Of a stretch of 64,000 nucleotides of DNA, positions 35,587 through 45,187 are shown one piece after another. Position numbers and translations under genes: made by a program. Below the pieces are notes generated by a model. The model saw only the letters and a program-made list of their open reading frames with translations, was not told the origin of the DNA and did not search any database. This DNA is from a virus. Taxonomy: Duplodnaviria > Caudoviricetes. Numbering within the stretch: position 1 is the first letter of the stretch; each line of letters starts with the position of its first letter. Location: IMG/VR virus record IMGVR_UViG_3300030090_002325, positions 2,067 to 66,066 of that record; one strand, given 5' to 3'.

Positions 35587-36162
35587 TTATACCATTTTTC
35601 GTTTTTTAAAACGGGTTGTAATTTCATGTGTTTTTAAATACTCAGCTTCTCTTTTTCTTCTGGAAGGATAACGATCCCCAAAATCTAAAAGATTGTTGTA
35701 TGCAGCTTCCCAATCGTCGGAAGTGATTTGCGCCCAGAATTTGGGTGTTTTTAGCTTTAAATTCCCATACTGAAAAGCCACAGAAGCAATTACTGTAGCT
35801 TTATTTTGTGGCAGTAATTCAAATTTAGAGCCAGTTGTATCATACCATCTTTCTTGCAGCCTACCAATTTCTTGTCTTTTAGCAAAGTTATTAATCTTAT
35901 TACCTTCTTCTTCACTAATACATAGATTATGAGCTACTTCTAAAGCTTCTTTTCCCTGTAAACCTAAATAAGGAAATAGCTTATTTTTCAATTCTTTATC
36001 AAGACTTTTTATATCTTTAGGGCATCTTTGACCTAAATCAAACCCAGAAGCTATAGTTACTCCTGAATGTCCTAATGGCTCGTTATTCTTATCTACAGGT
36101 ACGTAACCCCGCAATTCAAAGCCTTCATTTTCTTTTATGAAGTCAAAATCAATATTGTCCAC
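35587..36162 (-). CDS. Pesticin C-terminal-like (T4 lysozyme fold) muramidase
   Basis: IDFDFIKENEG...GYVP...SGVTIASGFDLG...SVAFQYG...RRKREA. Confidence 0.85.
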   Translation of the reverse strand: MDNIDFDFIKENEGFELRGYVPVDKNNEPLGHSGVTIASGFDLGQRCPKDIKSLDKELKNKLFPYLGLQGKEALEVAHNLCISEEEGNKINNFAKRQEIGRLQERWYDTTGSKFELLPQNKATVIASVAFQYGNLKLKTPKFWAQITSDDWEAAYNNLLDFGDRYPSRRKREAEYLKTHEITTRFKKRKMV

Positions 36163-36168
36163 AACATA

Positions 36169-36507
36169 TTACTCAACTGCATTTGCCCCTGAAACGTTTA
36201 TCGTTAATCCAGTACCACTACCTTTAGCTTGTAATGTACCCCCTGCTTCCATGATTTGAAGACCAGTCCATTGGTAAATATCATTAGCAGCTACTTGTTT
36301 AGTATATATTAATGCATTTGTACTTCCAGCTGAACCTCCATCTGGCACTAAACACACAAAAAGATTTAAAGCGCCAGCAGTGGTATTAGATACAGTTATA
36401 TCTTTAACATAAGTGCGAGTATCACTAGGTGTTGTATAATATGTATCAAAACTTGTAGTTAAAGCAACTTGAGCTATTTTAATACCTGTAATATCTTGAA
36501 AAGCCAT
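36169..36507 (-). CDS. Virion structural protein
   Basis: Beta-rich, Thr/Gly-rich; in the tail cluster. Confidence 0.65.
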   Translation of the reverse strand: MAFQDITGIKIAQVALTTSFDTYYTTPSDTRTYVKDITVSNTTAGALNLFVCLVPDGGSAGSTNALIYTKQVAANDIYQWTGLQIMEAGGTLQAKGSGTGLTINVSGANAVE

Positions 36508-36508
36508 A

Positions 36509-36691
36509 CTAATTACCTATCCAATATAAAACATTATTACTCAGAATAGCTGTGTTTTGCTTTACTGTAGATTCATCTACAGAATTAAAATAAATACGTA
36601 ACTGATTAGTAAATTGATTTTGGTTAGATTGAGAATACTCCTCTGTAGGAATAACTAAATTAGGAGCTTTTGTTGTATTTACATCAGCCAC
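36509..36691 (-). CDS. Small conserved tail-region protein
   Basis: APNL..PTEEY...QLRIYFN. Confidence 0.65.
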   Translation of the reverse strand: MADVNTTKAPNLVIPTEEYSQSNQNQFTNQLRIYFNSVDESTVKQNTAILSNNVLYWIGN

Positions 36692-38859
36692 TATCCTCTC
36701 CTTCCATCAGGTTTAAAATCAACACGTGGAGACCCCAACTGCCATTGAACTCCTACTCCTGTCGATCCTATTTTAAAATTCATTTGTCTACCTCTAGCTC
36801 TTACAAATACTTGATCAGTATATTGATCAATAGTAGCAGTAGCAGTAGTAACATTTCTTTCTAGTGAAGTACCAGCAACATCTGTTGTAGAGGAAGCTAC
36901 TCCTGGGAAATTTCTAACCCCTACAGTCATTTGAACTTCAGGTGTTAGCGTAGTTCCTGTAGTGCTAGTTACATCTGAGTCTGTAAAATTAACATCTGGT
37001 ATAATTCGTTTAGTTAAAACAAATTCTTCCCCATCTCCTACAGTCATATCTGCGGATTGAATAAATGAGTTGATAGCTACCGGAGCAGTGGGAGCTCTTT
37101 GCCCATCATCATTACCATTCTCATGACTATATAGATTGCCATTATCTGTAGCTAAAGGAAATTCATTAACACCTGAATCTATCCACGCGGTACGAGCTAA
37201 TGACCCGTAGTACCATATCTTTTCTTCTTGGTTAAAAATAACATATCGGTCTATTTCATTAGAACTACCTGAAACATAAAACCAAATAATTTCATTAAAT
37301 TCTGAATTAGTACCAGCAAAAAATGTATCAGATTTGTTTCTACTAATATCTTCAAAAACAAATTGTTTTAGCGTACAAGGTAAAGTATCTACTCGACCTG
37401 AATATACATAGAATTTATCATTACCCATCCAAAATACGTTGTTATTAGAAGTAGCCACTACATTAGGACCCATAATATCAATCTCATTACTTATCTCATT
37501 TAAACCAAAAACTTCTCCAGTCCCTAAAAATTGTAATGAAGTCAATGCTGTATTAGTCCAAACTAATGTTTCTTGCCGTGCGTTTATACCAGTTATAATT
37601 TCAGAACCTGATTTAATTGGTAAAAATCCAGCTGTGTTAGTGGCGGTTGGTTCCCAAACTTCCGGCTCAGGTCCAATAGTAGGGTCTACATTAGCCCACC
37701 TTACCAATAATGGGTCTAAAGTCCCTCCATAACTATTTTTAACATAACTCCCTACAGTAGTAGCATTACCACCTGGATCAGCAAGCATAGTGTATGTAAA
37801 AGTCGTAGAGCCAGTTACAGTAATTTGTGAAGTCAAGGAAAAAAGATTAGGTACTGTTCCAGTAACAGTTACATAATCAAGTGTAGATAATCCATGAGCG
37901 CCGCTTGTGGTTAAAGTAGCTGTTGTATTACCTGTACCCCCCCTAGTAATACTAGATATACCAGCGCCAGCTGTTGTTGTAGGGTTAAAAGAAGTACATC
38001 CTAAAGCTAATAAATGTCCGCTAGGGGCAAAAAGTATTTTTGTTACTTGTTCTGGAACAGCTCTAGAACCTGATAATGAGTTTAATTTAACAGCTCTATT
38101 ACTATAAGTATTTTCATATGTCCAATGGAATATATCACCTTCCGATATATTAAATATTAAATCATTATTAAAATTATCTTGAAAGGTTAATTGAGAAGTT
38201 ACAACAGTAGGAGCCACAACACTAGAACCAAAAGTACCTCTACCAAAAGTACCTGTACCAAAACCTAAACCCCCAGAAGTTGTAGCTGAACCAATATTAA
38301 GCTGAAAAGCAGCTGTAATACCTGTTCCCCCACCTGTAGCACCTGAACTAGCTGAAACTGATGTAGTTATTGTAAAATTATTTGAATCTACTATTGTTTG
38401 TATTTCAAATTCTAAATTAAGATTTGCTGCGGCTATACCACCTACAGCAGTAGCCCCGCTAAAAGTAACAAAATCCCCTGCTGTAGCGCCATGACTAGCT
38501 ATATTAACCGTTACAGTAGTAGGAGCAGAAGTTGTGGTAGTAAAGCAATTATCTGTATCAGTGGAAGTAAAAGTAGCTCTTATAGGTGTTATATCATTTG
38601 TGCTTGTTCCCGCACAGATATACATTTTAGTATTAGTGCCAACACCAATATTTACAGCACCATCAGAAGTAGCATAAGCATATAAGCTGCGAGCGGTTCC
38701 CTTATAAGGACTAAAGTTTTCTACCTGCCACCCACCAATTTTTTCTGGGTATCCTTGTCTAAATCTAATCATATCTCCATCGAACCACCCACCTTGATCG
38801 GAGTAATTAGTTTTATCTCTATTAATACCTGGTTGAAACTGTAGTGTTTTTAACGCCAT
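36691..38859 (-). CDS. Tail tube / head-stabilisation protein (P22 gp10-like nozzle)
   Basis: PGINRD...IRFRQGYPEKIGGW; beta-propeller-like; C-terminal RARGRQ...DGRR. Confidence 0.75.
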   Translation of the reverse strand: MALKTLQFQPGINRDKTNYSDQGGWFDGDMIRFRQGYPEKIGGWQVENFSPYKGTARSLYAYATSDGAVNIGVGTNTKMYICAGTSTNDITPIRATFTSTDTDNCFTTTTSAPTTVTVNIASHGATAGDFVTFSGATAVGGIAAANLNLEFEIQTIVDSNNFTITTSVSASSGATGGGTGITAAFQLNIGSATTSGGLGFGTGTFGRGTFGSSVVAPTVVTSQLTFQDNFNNDLIFNISEGDIFHWTYENTYSNRAVKLNSLSGSRAVPEQVTKILFAPSGHLLALGCTSFNPTTTAGAGISSITRGGTGNTTATLTTSGAHGLSTLDYVTVTGTVPNLFSLTSQITVTGSTTFTYTMLADPGGNATTVGSYVKNSYGGTLDPLLVRWANVDPTIGPEPEVWEPTATNTAGFLPIKSGSEIITGINARQETLVWTNTALTSLQFLGTGEVFGLNEISNEIDIMGPNVVATSNNNVFWMGNDKFYVYSGRVDTLPCTLKQFVFEDISRNKSDTFFAGTNSEFNEIIWFYVSGSSNEIDRYVIFNQEEKIWYYGSLARTAWIDSGVNEFPLATDNGNLYSHENGNDDGQRAPTAPVAINSFIQSADMTVGDGEEFVLTKRIIPDVNFTDSDVTSTTGTTLTPEVQMTVGVRNFPGVASSTTDVAGTSLERNVTTATATIDQYTDQVFVRARGRQMNFKIGSTGVGVQWQLGSPRVDFKPDGRRG

Positions 38860-38862
38860 ATT

Positions 38863-39198
38863 CTAACTTTCATCCTCAAATTTCATTTCTCCTGTAAAGT
38901 CTATAGGACCTGTAGGATTAAATAAATACTCTATAGGCCAATCATCGTCCGGAATATAACTATTTTCGGGAAAAGCTATTCTTTCATCAATATAATTAAC
39001 TAACTTACATACAGGTTTTACGTAAGCTATATTCATATCCTTATACTTTTCTCTTAATTTATTTTGAAATTCCTTAGAAAGCCTATACTCATTACATTTC
39101 ATTGCGCCATTAAAAATTATATTTTCTAATGGCAAAATATCTACTCTTCCACTACTTCCTGCATAGTAGATTACAAGTACTATTACCCATTTAGTCAT
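38863..39198 (-). CDS. Hypothetical protein with hydrophobic N-terminus
   Basis: ORF coupled to its neighbours. Confidence 0.65.
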   Translation of the reverse strand: MTKWVIVLVIYYAGSSGRVDILPLENIIFNGAMKCNEYRLSKEFQNKLREKYKDMNIAYVKPVCKLVNYIDERIAFPENSYIPDDDWPIEYLFNPTGPIDFTGEMKFEDES

Positions 39199-39395
39199 AC
39201 TTCTGGGACGTCTACATCAAATGTTATACTTATTCCCATTTCATGCCATTCTTGTATTAACTCTTCAAAATCTAAATAAGTCATTTCTTGAGGGTAATTC
39301 ACCCCTAATCTTTCGCATAATTCATCAGCTTCAAAAGCTACAAATTTTTTATAATGCCCATTAATAGGAGTGTCTACAATCGGGTCATCTACCAT
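39195..39395 (-). CDS. Hypothetical acidic protein
   Basis: ORF in the operon direction. Confidence 0.6.
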   Translation of the reverse strand: MVDDPIVDTPINGHYKKFVAFEADELCERLGVNYPQEMTYLDFEELIQEWHEMGISITFDVDVPEV

Positions 39396-39402
39396 ATTTT
39401 AC

Positions 39403-39555
39403 CTACCTGTTTAAGTCTACCAAAAACATTAAACACACGCATGATAGACCATAAAACAAAAACATGAACCCTAAAGGATAGTTACCTTTAAGTAGTAAAT
39501 CAATAAAAGTTATCATATAGCATATAGTTACTATAATAAGAGCATATAAACTCAT
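39403..39555 (-). CDS. Small two-TM membrane protein, 50 aa (MSLYALIIVTIC...)
   Basis: Read by eye; ATGA overlap with the upstream gene; two hydrophobic stretches. Confidence 0.55.
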   Translation of the reverse strand: MSLYALIIVTICYMITFIDLLLKGNYPLGFMFLFYGLSCVCLMFLVDLNR

Positions 39556-39812
39556 AACTTTTTCCTGAGAACTTTTTCCTTAATTATACAACTTTTTAAC
39601 ACTTCGTTATTTCCTCCCTGACCTCCATCATCTGTAATAGTAGACATAATGTGTATAGACGTTTCGGTCTCTTTTACTTTAAAACCTACAGTCTTACATG
39701 TTATTGGGGCTTCATCTAACTCGTCTAAATTGTCTACCCACCCCGCATCTCCTGAGTGATCATACCATTCCACACATATGAGGGGCCATGTTTTAAAGCC
39801 CTTTCTTTTCAT
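39552..39812 (-). CDS. Conserved phage hypothetical protein
   Basis: VEWYDH...GW...TVGF motif. Confidence 0.75.
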   Translation of the reverse strand: MKRKGFKTWPLICVEWYDHSGDAGWVDNLDELDEAPITCKTVGFKVKETETSIHIMSTITDDGGQGGNNEVLKSCIIKEKVLRKKL

Positions 39813-40941
39813 TTCGCACCCTCCTTATTCCAGCTGTGTGACGCTCTACTTCACCATAATCCTTGTGTAATATTATGGCCTGAATTTCTCTACCAGCTCT
39901 ATATCCGGAATCTATTGTCCAAGCATCGCCGGGGGCCAAAGTTCTAAACGATTCGATAATAACATTCATAGATTCAAAACTACGTTTTGTATGTATATGC
40001 CCATGCCAACAATATTTAAACTCGCATTCGGCCCATTCTGGGCAATCTACAGCCATTATAGAGGCAAGCTTTTCTGGCTTCGGCATGTGTCCATGAGTTA
40101 TACCAATTAAATTCTTGCCAAAATTATAGTAATACATGGCTTTAGGTGAGTCTTCAATAATTACACGTTTATTATCATCATAAAATGTAGCCAAAGCACA
40201 GCTCAATGCTACATGAGAATGCGGATCATGATTTCCTGCTACATTTCTAACACGCACAATTTTATGTTTTGTCAAGGCTTTTTCTATAAAGTACCTGAGA
40301 ACATATATACCGGATTTAATAATTTTAGAAAATCTGGAATCAGCATCGAGAGGGTTTTTATTTGCGGGGGTTTGGTTTAACGAATCATCTATATGGTAAA
40401 AATCACCAAGCTGTGCGATTAATATTTCATGTGTAGAAGGAATAGCATCTATAATTCTATCAGCCGCGTCAGTTAAATCCTTACATCCTATCTTTAAATC
40501 GAAGTCTTCCTTAGCTTTCTCCTCCCATGACAACATACCCAGGTGAGCATCGCCAATGCATATACAAGCTAGAAGGTCTTTAGTTTTTACTTTGGGGGTT
40601 TTAGTGGTTACAGACCTAGCTTTAACCTTCTCATTAAAGGCGGAAACTGTTTCATCAATTACTTCTTGGGTGGTTTTTTGACCTTTTTGTGGTTTACCTT
40701 TAACCCATGTAGCTGCAGGAGCGCCGGCTTCATTATAGAGTGTAGATTGTCCTGATTCTTGTTTTTGTTTTCTTAGACGTACCCGATAAACAGTATCAGC
40801 TATTGTAGATCTAGCTACATTTAGTTCCAAAGATGCTTCTGCTTGGGACTTCCCTTCAGAAAGAACTTTAATATAAGCATTTTCTTTTATGGTTATACAA
40901 TATGGCAATAACCCGCCATAGTCAGGATCTTTCCAGGCCAT
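39793..40941 (-). CDS. Calcineurin-like metallophosphoesterase with N-terminal HTH
   Basis: GDAHLG, GDFYH, GNHD, THGH, GHIH; SQAEASLELNVARSTI. Confidence 0.88.
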   Translation of the reverse strand: MAWKDPDYGGLLPYCITIKENAYIKVLSEGKSQAEASLELNVARSTIADTVYRVRLRKQKQESGQSTLYNEAGAPAATWVKGKPQKGQKTTQEVIDETVSAFNEKVKARSVTTKTPKVKTKDLLACICIGDAHLGMLSWEEKAKEDFDLKIGCKDLTDAADRIIDAIPSTHEILIAQLGDFYHIDDSLNQTPANKNPLDADSRFSKIIKSGIYVLRYFIEKALTKHKIVRVRNVAGNHDPHSHVALSCALATFYDDNKRVIIEDSPKAMYYYNFGKNLIGITHGHMPKPEKLASIMAVDCPEWAECEFKYCWHGHIHTKRSFESMNVIIESFRTLAPGDAWTIDSGYRAGREIQAIILHKDYGEVERHTAGIRRVRNEKKGL

Positions 40942-40963
40942 AAAAATGCCTCGTTTTTATTGT

Positions 40964-41059
40964 TTATAATGAACCAGTAATATAACCAAGTATAAATACT
41001 AGTATGTACCAAACAAAAGGCGGAACATATCCAGCCCAATCTTTAAGTTTGTTCAACAT
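40964..41059 (-). CDS. Small single-TM peptide, 31 aa
   Basis: Read by eye: MLNKLKDWAGYVPPFVWYILVFILGYITGSL; GGGAG RBS. Confidence 0.5.
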   Translation of the reverse strand: MLNKLKDWAGYVPPFVWYILVFILGYITGSL

Positions 41060-41097
41060 ATTATTTACTCCCTCTTCCATTAAGTCAACTAACTCTT

Positions 41098-41469
41098 TCA
41101 TTTTGTTGTTTTTTTCACCTTGTCGTACGATCTAGCGGTCGCCAAACCGAGCATTCCCATCAAAACCGGAAGCATCGTTCCTGTGTCAGCCTGCGGCACA
41201 ATGATACCAAATGGCGCTGCTAGTGGGGAAACCAAAAAATTTATAGCAAAGCCTAAAACACAAACCCACGCACAAGCGGGACGCCAGGAACTTTGGAACC
41301 AATTTCCCTTCGCTTCTTCTCGATTGACAGCTATCTGAGCTAGAGCAATTTCTTGGGCATGATTCTCAGCCATAGTAGAAATTTCATGCGCTAACTTCTG
41401 TTTAGTGTCAGCATCTGGTATGAATTTATCCAGTAGTGAAGCTACTGGTCCTATTAAGGCTTGTAACAT
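41098..41469 (-). CDS. Holin of the 3TM / GTA-holin family
   Basis: LLDKFIPD...SSWRPACAWVC...LMGMLGL...RSYDK. Confidence 0.85.
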   Translation of the reverse strand: MLQALIGPVASLLDKFIPDADTKQKLAHEISTMAENHAQEIALAQIAVNREEAKGNWFQSSWRPACAWVCVLGFAINFLVSPLAAPFGIIVPQADTGTMLPVLMGMLGLATARSYDKVKKTTK

Positions 41470-41501
41470 TAGGGTTTAGTTAGGCCACGTTATATTGTAA
41501 A

Positions 41502-41789
41502 TCATTTGGGGTTATCCCTTTTTACTTTAGCAATAGCATCTTTCCATGTAGTTGTGCCATTTATTAAATCTTTGTATTGCATGTCGAGTTGATCGCCAAT
41601 ACTGGGATATTGGTTACGACGTTTTTTAATAACCAATACTTTATTAGGATCAGTCCACTTACTTCCATCCCACACTTGTTTTCCTGACTCAGGCGCGACT
41701 AAAACTTTAGTTAAGCTGTCTGATAAATCTTGCGAATCATCTGTTGCTTGAACTAATTTACCTTTATCATCTACCCAAAATTTTGTCAT
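41502..41789 (-). CDS. Tail fibre assembly / chaperone-like protein
   Basis: WDGSKW...RRNQYPSIGDQLDM...VKRDNPK. Confidence 0.7.
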   Translation of the reverse strand: MTKFWVDDKGKLVQATDDSQDLSDSLTKVLVAPESGKQVWDGSKWTDPNKVLVIKKRRNQYPSIGDQLDMQYKDLINGTTTWKDAIAKVKRDNPK

Positions 41790-42253
41790 AGCCATGCCCT
41801 CACAATCCATCTCCAGTCATTAACGTCTATACCAGATTTATCAAACCCAGTTTTATTTATTACTTGAATTTCACTTGATTGAATAATAGACACATTAGAA
41901 CTATCACAACAACTTGTATACCCTTGATCTGAACCATCGTGGCTAGTGTTGTTTACCATTATCTCATCTCCGACAGAATAATTTGCATCTGCCGTTTTAC
42001 AAATTAAAGTTATTGTGTATTCAGTTGGTTTTGCTCCTAATCCATGCGCTACATTCAAAGCTGTATCAACAGCCACAGTTTGTTCTGAACTTATAAATGA
42101 GGGCGATATTCCAAAATCAGTTCCAGCATCATCGGTAAACTTTAATTGATTTGGTGCTTGATTATCAACCCATACTTGTCCAGAACCAGCAACGTCAGCA
42201 GCAGCATCTGCACTTTCTACTAAAAATAAACTTGTATTGGTTATCTTACTCAT
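41786..42253 (-). CDS. Short tail fibre / receptor-binding module
   Basis: AHGLGAKP...YSVGDE...WRWIVRAW C-terminal fibre-like domain. Confidence 0.65.
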   Translation of the reverse strand: MSKITNTSLFLVESADAAADVAGSGQVWVDNQAPNQLKFTDDAGTDFGISPSFISSEQTVAVDTALNVAHGLGAKPTEYTITLICKTADANYSVGDEIMVNNTSHDGSDQGYTSCCDSSNVSIIQSSEIQVINKTGFDKSGIDVNDWRWIVRAWL

Positions 42254-42498
42254 TTGGGATATTTCTCCTTAACAGCTTTTCTTTTAGCCTGAAGTGCAGT
42301 TAAATCATCATCAAGTATTGCGTGGACACATTCCTCTATCGTTGGGTATTCCGACATACGTTTAGCCTTATAATCAAGAGCATTAAAATTCTTCTTTGCT
42401 TCTGCTTCAGCAGCAGCAATATTATCTTTTTCTTCTTGGGTATAAGAACGTGTTATCTTTTCCCCTGTTTGTACGTTTACTTCAATTACGTCTGCCAT
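42250..42498 (-). CDS. Tail fibre assembly / chaperone-like protein
   Basis: YKAKRMSEYPTI...VKEKYPK; paralog of 41502-41789. Confidence 0.7.
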   Translation of the reverse strand: MADVIEVNVQTGEKITRSYTQEEKDNIAAAEAEAKKNFNALDYKAKRMSEYPTIEECVHAILDDDLTALQAKRKAVKEKYPK

Positions 42499-42507
42499 AT
42501 TATTTTC

Positions 42508-43053
42508 CTATTGAAATTGAATAGCGGCTGCACCCGCATCAAAGGTGTCTGAACCATTTACATGAGTTAATCTAACTCGGTCTAATGTTCCGCTAAGAGC
42601 CTTACTCCCAGCACCCCAAGCCATAATAGTTGTGCTTTGGACTGCTGCACTATACATCCCAACCCAAGTATTATTAGATGAATCTTCAAGATAAATATCC
42701 ACTACTATTTCATTTAAAAGAGAAGCTGCATCATTGAATATAATAAACCCCGCAGTTGAACCCTCAGTAGCTGCACTTGTACCAGAAATTCTCCCATATC
42801 TGCTAAGATACCCAGATGTTTCTATACCACCAGAATCACCTAATTGTACTAAGAACTCACTTGTTCCACTACCAGACATAGAGTGTGTTAATAAGGTAAC
42901 ACGTTTAACTCCCGCAGGAATGCTAGTAAAATCAATACTTGTTCCACTTGTTGTGGCTTGTTCTGCACTTAAACTAATACTATAAGGATTCGCTCCCGCA
43001 GCATTTTCAATTTCTTCAGTTACAATTTTTGCGCTTTGAATTTGTGTTCCCAT
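42508..43053 (-). CDS. Short tail fibre / receptor-binding module
   Basis: TSGTSIDFTSIPAGVKR...LDRVRLT...FDAG. Confidence 0.7.
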   Translation of the reverse strand: MGTQIQSAKIVTEEIENAAGANPYSISLSAEQATTSGTSIDFTSIPAGVKRVTLLTHSMSGSGTSEFLVQLGDSGGIETSGYLSRYGRISGTSAATEGSTAGFIIFNDAASLLNEIVVDIYLEDSSNNTWVGMYSAAVQSTTIMAWGAGSKALSGTLDRVRLTHVNGSDTFDAGAAAIQFQ

Positions 43054-43063
43054 TATTTATCCT

Positions 43064-43534
43064 CTAAACCTTTAAGTCCTGTACCTCTTTAATAACTGAT
43101 TCCATACCTTCTTTTAATTTATCAACATCAGAAGCACCAGTAATCTTAGTATTTTTCGTAGCATCTCTTAAAACTGTCTTTTTATCAGCTACCGCCTTTT
43201 TAACATCTGCATCACCATCTTCATCAGCGCGTTGGTATGCAATATCTAGTTCTTGAAACTTAGGGGTTCTGGCTTGTCTAACTTTAATCTTTGCTTCTTC
43301 TTTTGCTTTAGCTAAATCTATCTCAGCACTTTTTCCTTTAGAAGTCGTCCAAGCATTACGAAACGTCCTGTCATTAGGTATTGTATCAACTTCCACTATA
43401 TCTGCTGAACCCAAACAATCTTCAGGAACAACCTTTTTTAATAAATCTTCCATTGTTCCTTTATATTCTTTCGTTGGAATAACTATTTTAGCGATGCCAT
43501 CTTCGCCTTGATATACTATTCTTTTATCATTCAT
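43064..43534 (-). CDS. Tail fibre assembly chaperone-like protein
   Basis: DRTFRNAW...AKEEAK...R...LD...LRDAT. Confidence 0.7.
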   Translation of the reverse strand: MNDKRIVYQGEDGIAKIVIPTKEYKGTMEDLLKKVVPEDCLGSADIVEVDTIPNDRTFRNAWTTSKGKSAEIDLAKAKEEAKIKVRQARTPKFQELDIAYQRADEDGDADVKKAVADKKTVLRDATKNTKITGASDVDKLKEGMESVIKEVQDLKV

Positions 43535-43956
43535 TATTGAACTCCAATACACATTACATCTACAACGGCTGGATTAAGATGCCCACTTGAATTTTTTACA
43601 TCATCCCAACATTGTACTCTTACAGTTCCAGCAGTTTTTACAGCAGAATTATCAAACGACATTCCACCCCATGCAGTTCCAGCAGCATCGCACAACCCTG
43701 TGGCACACCAATTAGCACTACCGAAATCAGTATCAATATTAACTGTGTAATCGCCATTCCCATTATCAGTTAAAGAAGCTACATTAAAGGATGCTGCGGG
43801 AGAAATTGTCCCCGCGCTTCCATCAAAGGTTACCCATGCTTTTACTGAACCCGCCAAAATATTTGCTGGAGTAGAGGAATTACCACCACTTGCATCTTGT
43901 ACATTTGTTGCCCTAATATTCGTTGTCGTGACATTTGTGCTATCTATTGTACTCAT
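43534..43956 (-). CDS. Short tail fibre module
   Basis: KAWVTFDG...SFNVASLTDNGNGDYTVN. Confidence 0.75.
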   Translation of the reverse strand: MSTIDSTNVTTTNIRATNVQDASGGNSSTPANILAGSVKAWVTFDGSAGTISPAASFNVASLTDNGNGDYTVNIDTDFGSANWCATGLCDAAGTAWGGMSFDNSAVKTAGTVRVQCWDDVKNSSGHLNPAVVDVMCIGVQ

Positions 43957-43965
43957 TTCTTATCC

Positions 43966-45177
43966 TCAAATAATATTCCATTGTGAACCAGATGGAACTG
44001 TAACTGTACCACTATCTATAGTAATGGGGCCAGATGTCATACCATTTATATTTTGGTATATAGTGTGTGTTCCAGAACCCGTACCAGTAATATTTACAGC
44101 TGATCCACCAAATGTTTCTGACACTTTTAAAGTAGAAGCAGCAACATCTCTAACAAAATACTGCGTTCCTGCGGCTAGACCAGCAGGGAGAGCACCGCCA
44201 GAATTTTCAAATTGAACTGTGTCATTATCAGCAAAGCCATCATCTGTTCCTTTATTTATGGTATCCGCACTTGCATCAGCTGTGCAAGTAGCAGCATGAT
44301 CTCTTATATTTATAGTCTCAGCTATATTTGTAGCATTTGTTCTGATAACTGCATTTGTTCCAACAGAAGGACCACCTCCTGCACTTGCTACTACTGCCGT
44401 TCCATCAGCTTTTGTATAATTAACGCATTGAACGTCATTACTAGCCGTGCTAAAAAATTCTGCTACATCCCCAGCTGCTGTAGTTATATTAGCTTCACCA
44501 GGTAAATCTAAATCAGTAGCGTTATGGGTAAGCTGAAGAGCGCCATCAAACTGGCAAAAGAAATGACGATTAGCAGCTACAGTAAACGCGGTAATTGTGG
44601 TTGTGCCTGTTACATCAAAATAGTTACCATCTGTAGGAACTGTTGGGCTACCTGATGCAAAATCTGAGCCTTTTTTAGTTATACCAACTTCTAAATTTGT
44701 TCTTGCTGCCGCTGCTGTGCTTGCTCCTGTACCACCCTCTGTAAGGGCTAAATCTGTTCCTAAAGTTAGTGATGTTAAATGATTAACAGCATCTACAACA
44801 TTTGTGCCATTATTATAAACCCACATTGTTTTACCAGCTGCTACTGCAATACCTGTTCCCGAAGGAGTTTTAATAGTAATAGCATCTGCACATCCATTAT
44901 TAACTAAATAGCTTTTTTCAATGGCAGGGACTACTAAATTCTGAGCACCGCCAGACGTTCCAGTTAAATTAAGTCTTAAATTACGAGCTGGTTGAGCAGC
45001 AACAGTATCAGATAAAGTTAAGGTTACAGTTCCACTAGAAAAAGACACATCTGTAGAACCAGCGATAGCTTCTGTCAAAGCCACTGAAAGGTTATTATTA
45101 GTAGTGGTCCCCCATGTGCCGGATTGTTCACCAGTTGCTATTAGCTCAAATTTTAATGATGAAAATGTACTAGCCAT
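43966..45177 (-). CDS. Tail fibre protein
   Basis: N-terminal ELIATGEQSGTWGTTTN; GGTGASTAAAARTNL; C-terminal GPITI...VTVPSGSQW. Confidence 0.8.
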   Translation of the reverse strand: MASTFSSLKFELIATGEQSGTWGTTTNNNLSVALTEAIAGSTDVSFSSGTVTLTLSDTVAAQPARNLRLNLTGTSGGAQNLVVPAIEKSYLVNNGCADAITIKTPSGTGIAVAAGKTMWVYNNGTNVVDAVNHLTSLTLGTDLALTEGGTGASTAAAARTNLEVGITKKGSDFASGSPTVPTDGNYFDVTGTTTITAFTVAANRHFFCQFDGALQLTHNATDLDLPGEANITTAAGDVAEFFSTASNDVQCVNYTKADGTAVVASAGGGPSVGTNAVIRTNATNIAETINIRDHAATCTADASADTINKGTDDGFADNDTVQFENSGGALPAGLAAGTQYFVRDVAASTLKVSETFGGSAVNITGTGSGTHTIYQNINGMTSGPITIDSGTVTVPSGSQWNII

Positions 45178-45187
45178 ATTATTTCCT

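Noticed and set aside
41502-45177. Diversity-generating retroelement or invertible tail-fibre switch
   Set aside because: No reverse transcriptase or invertase is present, no template/variable repeat pair was seen, and all modules lie on one strand.
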